Below are positions 8,557 to 16,290 of a stretch of DNA of 32,538 nt, piece after piece. Every line of letters begins with the position of its first letter. Within the stretch, counting starts at the first letter, position 1. The notes under the pieces were generated by a model. The model worked only from the letters and a program-made list of their open reading frames with translations. It did not search any database and was not told where the DNA came from. This DNA comes from a bacterium (GTDB lineage Bacteria; Zhuqueibacterota; Zhuqueibacteria; Oceanimicrobiales; Oceanimicrobiaceae). The stretch spans positions 1 through 32,538 of the forward strand of contig JBBIIG010000043.1 of the NCBI GenBank assembly GCA_037446635.1. The letters are read 5' to 3'. The position numbers and the translations under genes are program-made.

Positions 8557-8584
8557 AATCTAATAGAAGAAAGCTAAATGTCAA
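8557..8584 (-). promoter_or_regulatory. Sigma70-like promoter for the TonB-dependent receptor
   Basis: Minus strand TTGACA-N16-TAGATT; SD AGGAGG before the ATG at 8493. Confidence 0.55.
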
Positions 8585-8589
8585 TAGAC

Positions 8590-8782
8590 AAAATAAAAAG
8601 TGAAAAATGCAAAAAGCAAAATTGAAAATTACCCGATGTTTGTAACCGTGTTTTGGATTTCGGGGAACTATGCCTGAAACACCGTTACAAACGGTGCTGG
8701 ATTGTTCGCATCGGGCTGTCCAAAAGGTACCTGTCATTACCTGCCTGCGCAGCAGCAGCCTGCCATTTTCATTTTGCGATTT
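8590..8782. repeat. AAAATGC-type heptamer array plus REP-like hairpin
   Basis: aaaataa-aaagtga-aaaatgc-aaaaagc-aaaattg-aaaatta (8590-8631); gtttgtaaccgtgttt (8638-8653) versus aaacaccgttacaaac (8677-8692), one mismatch; weak inverted arm at 8763-8782. Confidence 0.75.
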
Positions 8783-9708
8783 TATAATCGCAAGGCCAGC
8801 CCGGCATGTTTCGGCAGAGCGCGATAGATGGCCTTGGCGTCGTCGCGGGAAAGCTCCAATTCGATCCACAGGCGGTGGCGGGGAATTTTTAGCTGCACTA
8901 AACTTAAAATGGCCTCGCCGGCGCCGCCCAGGCTGCGGCGGAAATTGTACCAGCCCTTGCTGAAAATTCCGGTAAATGAGGGCATTTGCACTTGCTCCAC
9001 GAACACGGTGAGTTGGCGATCGAAATGCCAGGTGAAATGCACATCGTGGGTTTCAATTTCTAATTCTTCGCCAGAAGTTTCGCTGGCTTCGATGGTGTCG
9101 CGCGGCGCCTCCTTGATGCGAATGGGAGCTTTTGGCAAAGTCGCCAGCTCCTTTTGGAGAGTGAAGCCGTTCGTCAGCCACGAGTGCAGCCGCCTTTCCG
9201 ATCGCAGCCGTTTGACGGCGCGGCTGATTTTGAATTTGTGAATTTTGGCCTGGTGCACCGGAACCCCGCGGATGTCCAGCGACACCACGCTGTCCCGCAA
9301 ATCGATGGCTAATTGAATGGCATCGGATTTCGCTAACTTCAGCCGCGCCTGCCAGTAGGCTTCATCTACTTTCAACGCCGCGTATTTTTCCACCAGCTCG
9401 GGCGGAAGAGCTTCACCGTTTTGGGCAACGGCGTTAACGGTGTTGGGATTAGTGATTTCGTCGAAAGGGGCGCGGCCAGCCGGCAGGAGAACGGTTAAAA
9501 CGAACATGACGCTGGCGGGCAAAATCATCGCGGTTAGAAAAATCATGCGGGTTTGGCGCTGCTGCCGCACTTGTTCAAAAAACGGGCGGACAACGTTCGC
9601 AACCCAGCCGCTGATTCGCCGCGGCGCCGCGCTCGAGCGGTCGCGCAGCCAGCGCACGGGCTTAGTAGATAAAAACTTTTGAGCCCAGTTGTAGATTGCG
9701 GTAAACAA
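8782..9708 (-). CDS. Membrane-anchored protein resembling a catalytically dead YkuD/L,D-transpeptidase (true start possibly the GTG at 9657)
   Basis: TM helix, then QLAIDLRDSVVSLDIRGVPVHQ and C-terminal IELELSRDDAKAIYRALP, paralleling the neighbouring LDT. No cysteine anywhere in the protein. Confidence 0.75.
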   Translation of the reverse strand: MFTAIYNWAQKFLSTKPVRWLRDRSSAAPRRISGWVANVVRPFFEQVRQQRQTRMIFLTAMILPASVMFVLTVLLPAGRAPFDEITNPNTVNAVAQNGEALPPELVEKYAALKVDEAYWQARLKLAKSDAIQLAIDLRDSVVSLDIRGVPVHQAKIHKFKISRAVKRLRSERRLHSWLTNGFTLQKELATLPKAPIRIKEAPRDTIEASETSGEELEIETHDVHFTWHFDRQLTVFVEQVQMPSFTGIFSKGWYNFRRSLGGAGEAILSLVQLKIPRHRLWIELELSRDDAKAIYRALPKHAGLALRL

Positions 9709-10435
9709 TTCGCAACTCCTCGTCTCCGAGGCGCACGCAGCCGTGGGTGACCGGCATGCCCAACATGCGTTTGTATAGCGTGCCGTGAATCAAATAGCCG
9801 TCGCCCAACTCCAGCGCGTATTCGCCCAGCACGCCGGCCTCGTAGCGCTGCGGCGAATGGGGCGGTGGAATGGGCAGGCCTTCTTCCACAAATGCCCAGT
9901 CGGGCTTCGTCCACACGGGGGCCACGCGTTTGCCAAGAATTCTAAACCTGCCGCGCGGGGTAACGAACTCCCACTGCCGGTCGTCGGAGGCCTTCAGTAA
10001 AACGTAGCTGCCGGTGGAGCACATGCCCTGGTGTAAAATTTTATCTGCGGATTTCAAAAAAAACTGGTTGGCGGAAGTGTTGACGATAAGATAGGGCTCG
10101 CGGGGAGTGAGCCATTTAAAGCGATTTTGCAAATTCACGACGAATCGATCCAGCGCGCGAATTTCCCGCTGCAGTTTTTGGGCATTGGCGTAGGGGAGCG
10201 CCGGCGCGCTGGAATGGGGCCAGACCGCAAAGACCATTTCCCACAAAAACGGCGCCGCCAGCAGCGTCAAAACCGCCGGCGCCAATCCCAGCGCGATGCT
10301 GACGATGGCCACTTTGCGCACGAATTTGGCCGGCGTCGGTTTAGCGGCGATGGTTTCCGGCAAAAGGCCATTCGCTTGCGGCTCGGCGTCGTCGGAGAAA
10401 AATGACCGGTGTGAATTTTCCTGAAGGTCTTCCAT
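9662..10435 (-). CDS. L,D-transpeptidase, YkuD family (ErfK/YbiS-like)
   Basis: STG, TPRGRFRI, PVWTKPDWAF, GVLGEYALELGDGYLIHGT...THGCVRL (catalytic His and Cys); N-terminal TM helix. Confidence 0.93.
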   Translation of the reverse strand: MEDLQENSHRSFFSDDAEPQANGLLPETIAAKPTPAKFVRKVAIVSIALGLAPAVLTLLAAPFLWEMVFAVWPHSSAPALPYANAQKLQREIRALDRFVVNLQNRFKWLTPREPYLIVNTSANQFFLKSADKILHQGMCSTGSYVLLKASDDRQWEFVTPRGRFRILGKRVAPVWTKPDWAFVEEGLPIPPPHSPQRYEAGVLGEYALELGDGYLIHGTLYKRMLGMPVTHGCVRLGDEELRIVYRNLQLGSKVFIY

Positions 10436-10440
10436 TTTTG

Positions 10441-11616
10441 CTATTTTTGATTTTTGGCGCCGCCGTTCGCCACGGCCATTTTTTCCAAAACCGCTCCGCC
10501 ATCGAGCGCCCCTACGATGGTGACCGGCGTGCCAATTTTGGCGAGCTTGAAGACTTCATCCATATTTTTATTGGTGAGCGCCACGCACCCCGAGGTCCAG
10601 TTGCCGCCCTTGCCGCCCTCGCCGTGAATTTCGATCAGCCCGCCGATGTGCGCATTTTGGGGCAGTTCGCCGGCAACCTGCGCCTGGCGAAAGCGCTGGC
10701 GGTCGAGCTCGTTGGGGTAATCGATCTCCAACGCTTTGTAATAAATCGACTGCCTGCGATCTTTCTTTTTGGTTACGCGGTACTGGCCCTCCGGCGTGGC
10801 GCCGTCGCCTTTCTTGCGTTTGTGCCCCAGCCAGTTTGGCCCCAGCTCGATGGGGTACTCGGCTTGGAGCTGGCCGTCGTCATAAATTAAACAGCGATAG
10901 CCCATTTTGTCAACAATGATGACCGGGCTGTTGTGTTCTTTTGACCAGGCGATGGTTTCGGCCACCATCTGCTGCCACTTGGGAAGCTCGGCGAGATACG
11001 ACTGCAAAAACGCTGCGACTTTTTCGTTGGCGCCGCCCACCAGCGCTGCGGCGCGCTGAACTTTTTCCGCGGCCAAAAGAAATTCGTGGCGGTGAAACGC
11101 CAATTCGCTCTCCATCATCATCAGCTCGCCCGCAACAAATTTTTGGCGATCGCGCGGAGTAATCGGCAGGTCCATTAGCTGGCTGCGGAAGTCGGCGATT
11201 TTCTGTTTTACCATCGCTAATTGCGCCGCCGTCCGCCAGCGCAGCGAATCTTTGACGACCACCGCCGCCTGCGCCGCGCGCTGCGATATTTCCCGGCTTA
11301 TCTCTGCTAACTGTTGGGCGGTATCATAATCGCGCGCAAAAAACCACTTGTGGGTTTCCTGCTGCCAGGCGGCGCGAGCGTGCTGCCATTGTTTTTCCGC
11401 TAAAACGAGCATTCCCGGAACATACCGACTCGCCTCGGCCTGACGCGCTTGCGAAAGCGCCAGCCGCGCCTGCTCGAAGGTCGCGTAGGGAGTTTGTTCC
11501 GATAAATAGAGACTCCTGCTGACGGTCGCGCCCACAAACAAAAAGATTGCCGCAAAAAATAACCGATTCCAGCGCCGCAGATTTGCAAGTTTTAAAAAAA
11601 ACGGATGGACAACCAT
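10441..11616 (-). CDS. YkuD-family enzyme of the YafK/DpaA-like subgroup with an N-terminal helical (DUF4398-like) stalk
   Basis: IIVDK, KRKKGDGATPEGQYRV, YYKALEIDYPNELD, GGLIEIHG...WTSGCVALTNKNMDEVF, IGTPVTIVG. Confidence 0.9.
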   Translation of the reverse strand: MVVHPFFLKLANLRRWNRLFFAAIFLFVGATVSRSLYLSEQTPYATFEQARLALSQARQAEASRYVPGMLVLAEKQWQHARAAWQQETHKWFFARDYDTAQQLAEISREISQRAAQAAVVVKDSLRWRTAAQLAMVKQKIADFRSQLMDLPITPRDRQKFVAGELMMMESELAFHRHEFLLAAEKVQRAAALVGGANEKVAAFLQSYLAELPKWQQMVAETIAWSKEHNSPVIIVDKMGYRCLIYDDGQLQAEYPIELGPNWLGHKRKKGDGATPEGQYRVTKKKDRRQSIYYKALEIDYPNELDRQRFRQAQVAGELPQNAHIGGLIEIHGEGGKGGNWTSGCVALTNKNMDEVFKLAKIGTPVTIVGALDGGAVLEKMAVANGGAKNQK

Positions 11617-11665
11617 AAAACCGACGTCAATTAAATTTCAAGCAAAGCACTCTGTTGGAAAACAT

Positions 11666-11706
11666 AAAAACCTCGATCTGCCAATGAACGCCGGCAGATC
11701 GAGGTT
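11666..11706 (-). terminator. Intrinsic terminator after the lipoprotein gene
   Basis: 14-bp perfect stem aacctcgatctgcc/ggcagatcgaggtt followed by a U-run on the minus strand. Confidence 0.8.
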
Positions 11707-11731
11707 CGGCAGTTTTTTGGGAATGACCGCG

Positions 11732-12337
11732 CTACCGGGTCAGCATCTGCTTTTTGCTGATGGCCTGCTGCAGCTCGTCTTTCAGCGAGTTGGCTTTGTC
11801 GAGCGCGGCTTTGGCTTTGTCGCGGGCGGCGGCAAAATCGCCGCTGGTCAAAGCAGCGCTGGCTTCCGACACCGAGGTTTCAACCGCCGACAACTCAGCG
11901 GAGATGGCCTCCAACGCGGCTTTGCCTTCTTTACCCTTCGGGGCTTTGGCCAGCAATTTTTTGGCGTCGGCGACCGCGCTCTGCGCTTGCGAGATCAGCC
12001 CCGTGGCTTCATTCTTCACCATTTCTTTGTTCGCGGCAACGGCGGCGGCCGCGGCGTTGGCGGCGTCGGTGGCCGCTTTCAGCAATTGCGAGGCCCGGCC
12101 GTAATTGCGGGTGAGCGCGAACTTGGCGTTCTGCTGATCGATTTCAGCCATCGCCGCGTCCAAGGAATCCTGCGCGGCGTTGAATTGCTCCGCCGCGTAG
12201 CGATCGGCTTCCGCGGCTTTCGCGGCTTCAAGGGCGGCTTTCGCGGCGTCGATTTCCTGCTGCGGCGCTTTGGCGCAGCCCATCACCAACGCCAGCAAGC
12301 ACAGCACAACCAGCGGCAACAACTTTTTTGTTCTCAT
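11732..12337 (-). CDS. Ala-rich helical lipoprotein (DUF4398-like)
   Basis: Lipoprotein signal MRTKKLLPLVVLCLLALVMG-C; AAKAALEAAKAAEADRYA motif; strong SD AAGGAGG. Confidence 0.9.
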   Translation of the reverse strand: MRTKKLLPLVVLCLLALVMGCAKAPQQEIDAAKAALEAAKAAEADRYAAEQFNAAQDSLDAAMAEIDQQNAKFALTRNYGRASQLLKAATDAANAAAAAVAANKEMVKNEATGLISQAQSAVADAKKLLAKAPKGKEGKAALEAISAELSAVETSVSEASAALTSGDFAAARDKAKAALDKANSLKDELQQAISKKQMLTR

Positions 12338-12435
12338 AATGATTCCCTCCTTTAGGGTAATTTTGAGATCATCATTACTTTTGCCAAGGCACAGTGTTCT
12401 CGATCATTTTATTCTAATTCACTCCTCCATCCTCC

Positions 12436-12465
12436 AAAAAAAAAGCACAGCCCGCGGACCATGCT
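12436..12465 (-). terminator. Terminator-like hairpin plus U9 in the leader of the lipoprotein/LDT operon
   Basis: Minus strand agcatggtcc-gc-gggctgtgct-tttttttt; the stem relies on G:U pairs that are valid only on the minus strand. Confidence 0.6.
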
Positions 12466-12536
12466 CGTCTATCAAGAGAGTGATTTTTTATTTTCGAGAA
12501 GACGCACTGTTTTGGCGCCAAAATTTAAACGGCGCA

Positions 12537-12565
12537 AATGTACAAAAATTAATTGCTGTAAGCAA
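12537..12565 (-). promoter_or_regulatory. Candidate promoter for the lipoprotein/LDT operon
   Basis: Minus strand TTGCTT-N17-TACATT(TG). Confidence 0.45.
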
Positions 12566-12680
12566 GTGAAAATTTTGATCGTGTTCGCAAACCGAACACC
12601 CCTGTCAAGCCAACTGATACTTTTGGAGAGGTTTGGGCGGCCTATTTCTCAGCCTACAGAAACTATTAGCCACTTTTCAT

Positions 12681-12709
12681 TTGCATCGGCAGTGTGAATG
12701 TTCTATATT
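12681..12709 (+). promoter_or_regulatory. Sigma70-like promoter of recCBD
   Basis: TTGCAT-N17-TATATT ending 28 bp before the recC ATG. Confidence 0.6.
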
Positions 12710-12737
12710 TCTACCGCGTTTTCTAACCTGAAAAAAA

Positions 12738-15700
12738 ATGCCCTTTACCCTCATCACCAGCAACCGTCTTGAAATTCTCGCGGAGAAATTGGCGGAGGTT
12801 CTCAGCCAGCCGCTCTCCTCACCGCTGCAGCCGGAGATCATCGTCGTGCAGAGCAAGGGCATGGAGCGCTGGCTCTCGCTGCAGCTTGCCGAAAAATTGG
12901 GCGTCTGCGCCAACGTCCGCTTTCCATTTCCGAACCATTTTCTGGCGGAGATTGGCGAGCGAATTGGCGTGGCCGCGATCAACGGCGACTGCGATCCTTA
13001 CTCCAAAGAGATTCTCACTTGGCGCATCATGCGCATTCTGCCGCAGTGTTTGGAGCAGCCGGAATTCGCCGCGCCCAAACGTTATCTCGTCCGCCAGATC
13101 GGCTCACCCGTCAGCCTAAAGCCTCTGGCGGGCAGGGCTGAGCCGCAAAACGGCGCCAGTGATTTGAAACGCATCCAGCTTTCCTCCCGCATCGCGGATT
13201 TGTTCGATCAATATCTCGTGTTTCGTCCGGAGATGATTGCGCAATGGGAAAATGGAGTTGACGGAAACTCCGACGACGAGCGCTGGCAGGCGGAATTGTG
13301 GCGAAAGCTGGCGGCAGAGTCCGATCAACCGCATCGCGCACAAATTGGCAAGCAGATCATCGAAACACTGAAACGTTCTTCTCCGGGCCGGTTCGATCTC
13401 ACGCAGCGGGTTTCCGTGTTCGGCATTTCAACGCTGCCGCCGTTTCATCTCAGCGTGCTGGATGCGCTATCGGCGCATGCCGAGGTGAATCTTTTTCTGA
13501 TGAACCCCTGCCGCGAGTACTGGGGAGAAATTCGTTCGCGCCGGGAACTTGGGCGCGCCCAGCGGCGCGCTAAAAACAAACCCAGCGACGACTTGCAGCT
13601 CGCGCTGGATTTCGCAGCCAAGTATTTCGAAGAAGGCAATCGCCTGCTGGCATCTCTGGGCGAACAGGGCCGCGATTTCTTCGATCTGATTTTGGAAAAT
13701 TTCGATGCCGAAGTGGTCGAGGAATTTTTTGAACCACCTGATGATGCCGTTTTGGCAGCAATTCAGCGGGATATTTTGAAGCTCGAGGCGCCGGCAGACA
13801 TCCCCCTTCCGCGAAGCGGATCCGCTATGGCGGACAATCCCCCTTCAAAGGGGGACTTCAGCGTGCAGATTCATTCCTGCCACAGCGAGCGGCGGGAGGT
13901 CGAAGTGTTGCAAGATCATCTGCTCGCGCTGTTCGAAGCGCATCCCGATTTGCAGCCGAAAGACGTGGTGGTGATGGCGCCGGATATCGAAAAATATACG
14001 CCGTTCATTCAAAGCGTTTTCGATCTGCCGGAGGACGATCCGCGCCGCCTGCCGTACAGCATCAGCGACCGCAGCTTCTCTGCCGAGGATGAAATCATCT
14101 CGTTGTTCCTGACGCTGTTAGGACTCGGCAAGAGCCGGCTCGCCGCCAATGAAGTCCTCAATATTTTGGGAACGCCGATCGTCAGCCAGCGCTACGGCCT
14201 TTCCGAGGACGAGCTGCAATTGATTCAGCACTGGGTGCGCAAAACCCGCATCCGCTGGGGCGCCGACGCCGATTACCGCAAAAAACTGGGACTGCCCGGC
14301 TTTCAACAAAACACCTGGCGCGCCGGCCTCGAACGTCTGCTGCTGGGATACGCCCTGCCCGCGGAGCAGCGCTTGCTGTACGGCGAGGGCATCGTGCCGT
14401 ACGACGACATCGAAGGCGATCAAGCCGACGTGCTGGGCAGGCTGCTGGAATTCACCAACCATCTTTTTCATCTCGTCGCCCAACTGGAGCGCCCGCGCAC
14501 GCTGCGCGATTGGCAGCAATTCCTGCTCTGGGTGCTGGACACGTTTTTTGATGCCCGCGGAAAGCGTGGCGCACCTCAAAGGTGTGCGGCGCTTAGCAGC
14601 GACGCCCAGCGCACACTCTATCTCATCCGCCGAGTGGTGGTGAGTTTGGGCGAGCTGCAAACCCGCGCGCAGTTCGAAGAAGAAATTGACATCCGCGCGA
14701 TTCGCTATTATATCAACTCGCAATTCCGGGAACGCGGTTACGGCTTCGGCTATCTCGGCGGCGGCATCACCTTCTGCTCGATGCTGCCCATGCGCAGCAT
14801 TCCATTCAAAGTGGTGTGCCTCGTGGGTATGAACAGCGACGCCTACCCCCGCAGCAGTCCGCAACTCGGATTCGATTTGATGCAGCGCTCGCCGCGCAAA
14901 GGCGATCGCTCTCGCCGCGCCGACGACCGCTATTTGTTTCTCGAAGCCCTGCTCTCGGCGCGCACGACGTTTTACCTCAGCTACATTGGCCAGAGCATCA
15001 AAGACAACAGCGAGATCCCGCCGTCGGTGGTGGTGAGCGAGCTGCTGGATTATCTTGCGCACCGTTTCGGTCTTTCCGAAACAGAATGCCGGCAGCGGTT
15101 CGTCACCAGCCACCCATTGCAGGGGTTCAGCCGCAAATATTTTTTGGAAAAAAGCGGCAGAGGCCTGTTCACCTACTCGCAAGAAAATCTCGCCATCGCG
15201 CGCAGTTTTTCCGCCCGAGCGGATCGGCTCCGCCGACTCAAAGAGCTCACGGCCGGTAAGCGGTTCATCGCTGCGCCGCTGCCAGAACCGGAAGAGGAGC
15301 TGCGCACCGTGAGCGTCGCCGACCTCTATCGCTTTTTCCGCCACCCGGTGCGCTTTCTCTTCAACAAACGGCTCGGCATTTTTGTCTCCGATGAAGATGG
15401 CCTGCTCGAAGATGACGAGCCGTTCAAGTTAGAGGACCTCGAGCGCTACGACGTCGCCCAGCGCCTCAAACGCGCGCTGCTGGAAAAATTAGATCGCCGG
15501 CAATTTAAGGAAGTTGAAGAGCGGCTGGGCGCGCTGCCGCACGGCATCCTCGGCGATCATCAGTACATCAGTTTAGAAGAAAAAGTGGATGACTTCGTTC
15601 AACGCACCAGCCGCTTTGTGAAAAGCGTCACGCCGCAACCGCTGGCGGTGGATGTGCCGATTGGCGATTTCCACCTCACCGGCCGGCTCGAGCTGTTGAC

Positions 15701-16205
15701 GGAACAGGGCATCGTGCTTTATGAATACGCCAGCGCCGACGCCAAACGTGCGCTGCGAGTTTGGATCGAACATCTCGTGCACAATGTCATCGACTCCGGT
15801 TTTGCGAAAGAGAGTTTTTTGTTTGCGGTGAATACGTCCCAAAAGGGTGAGTGGCACGGAAGCCGCTTTCGGCCGCCGGCGGACAGCCGGCAGATTCTGC
15901 AGCAGCTTTTGAATTTGTACTGGCGCGGCTTAACCGAGGCGCTGCGATTTTTCCCCCGCTCGGCGTGGAAGTTCGTTACTTTGCTTCGGCAGCCCGAAAA
16001 GAAAAAAAGCGCCGAACAGCTCAGAAAAGATGCGCTGCAAGCGGCAAAAAAAAATGAATGGGATGACTATCGATTCCCCGAAAAAAAAGATCCCTACTGG
16101 CAAATTTGTTTCGGCCACGAAGACGATCCGTTGAACGAATCGTTTTGCCAACTCGCGGAGGAAATTCTGGGCCCGCTGTTTGATCACCGCGCGGAGTTGG
16201 AGTGA
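12738..16205 (+). CDS. recC: Exodeoxyribonuclease V subunit gamma
   Basis: SNRLEILA, EIIVVQSKGMERWL, ADLFDQYLVFRP, NPCREYWGEI, CHSERREVEVL, FCSMLPMRSIPFKVVCLVGMN, DDRYLFLEALLSAR. Confidence 0.97.
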   Translation: MPFTLITSNRLEILAEKLAEVLSQPLSSPLQPEIIVVQSKGMERWLSLQLAEKLGVCANVRFPFPNHFLAEIGERIGVAAINGDCDPYSKEILTWRIMRILPQCLEQPEFAAPKRYLVRQIGSPVSLKPLAGRAEPQNGASDLKRIQLSSRIADLFDQYLVFRPEMIAQWENGVDGNSDDERWQAELWRKLAAESDQPHRAQIGKQIIETLKRSSPGRFDLTQRVSVFGISTLPPFHLSVLDALSAHAEVNLFLMNPCREYWGEIRSRRELGRAQRRAKNKPSDDLQLALDFAAKYFEEGNRLLASLGEQGRDFFDLILENFDAEVVEEFFEPPDDAVLAAIQRDILKLEAPADIPLPRSGSAMADNPPSKGDFSVQIHSCHSERREVEVLQDHLLALFEAHPDLQPKDVVVMAPDIEKYTPFIQSVFDLPEDDPRRLPYSISDRSFSAEDEIISLFLTLLGLGKSRLAANEVLNILGTPIVSQRYGLSEDELQLIQHWVRKTRIRWGADADYRKKLGLPGFQQNTWRAGLERLLLGYALPAEQRLLYGEGIVPYDDIEGDQADVLGRLLEFTNHLFHLVAQLERPRTLRDWQQFLLWVLDTFFDARGKRGAPQRCAALSSDAQRTLYLIRRVVVSLGELQTRAQFEEEIDIRAIRYYINSQFRERGYGFGYLGGGITFCSMLPMRSIPFKVVCLVGMNSDAYPRSSPQLGFDLMQRSPRKGDRSRRADDRYLFLEALLSARTTFYLSYIGQSIKDNSEIPPSVVVSELLDYLAHRFGLSETECRQRFVTSHPLQGFSRKYFLEKSGRGLFTYSQENLAIARSFSARADRLRRLKELTAGKRFIAAPLPEPEEELRTVSVADLYRFFRHPVRFLFNKRLGIFVSDEDGLLEDDEPFKLEDLERYDVAQRLKRALLEKLDRRQFKEVEERLGALPHGILGDHQYISLEEKVDDFVQRTSRFVKSVTPQPLAVDVPIGDFHLTGRLELLTEQGIVLYEYASADAKRALRVWIEHLVHNVIDSGFAKESFLFAVNTSQKGEWHGSRFRPPADSRQILQQLLNLYWRGLTEALRFFPRSAWKFVTLLRQPEKKKSAEQLRKDALQAAKKNEWDDYRFPEKKDPYWQICFGHEDDPLNESFCQLAEEILGPLFDHRAELE

Positions 16206-16207
16206 AA

Positions 16208-16284
16208 AGTCCCCCTGAGCAAAGGGGGATTTGCATTTTGCATTTCAAAAAGCACAACCCCCTGACCCCCTTTTTTAAGGGGAA
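16208..16284. repeat. Pair of CCCCCT..AAGGGGG REP-like palindromes between recC and recB
   Basis: agtccccctgagcaaagggggattt and caaccccctgacccccttttttaaggggaa. Confidence 0.8.
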
Positions 16285-16290
16285 TAAGCC

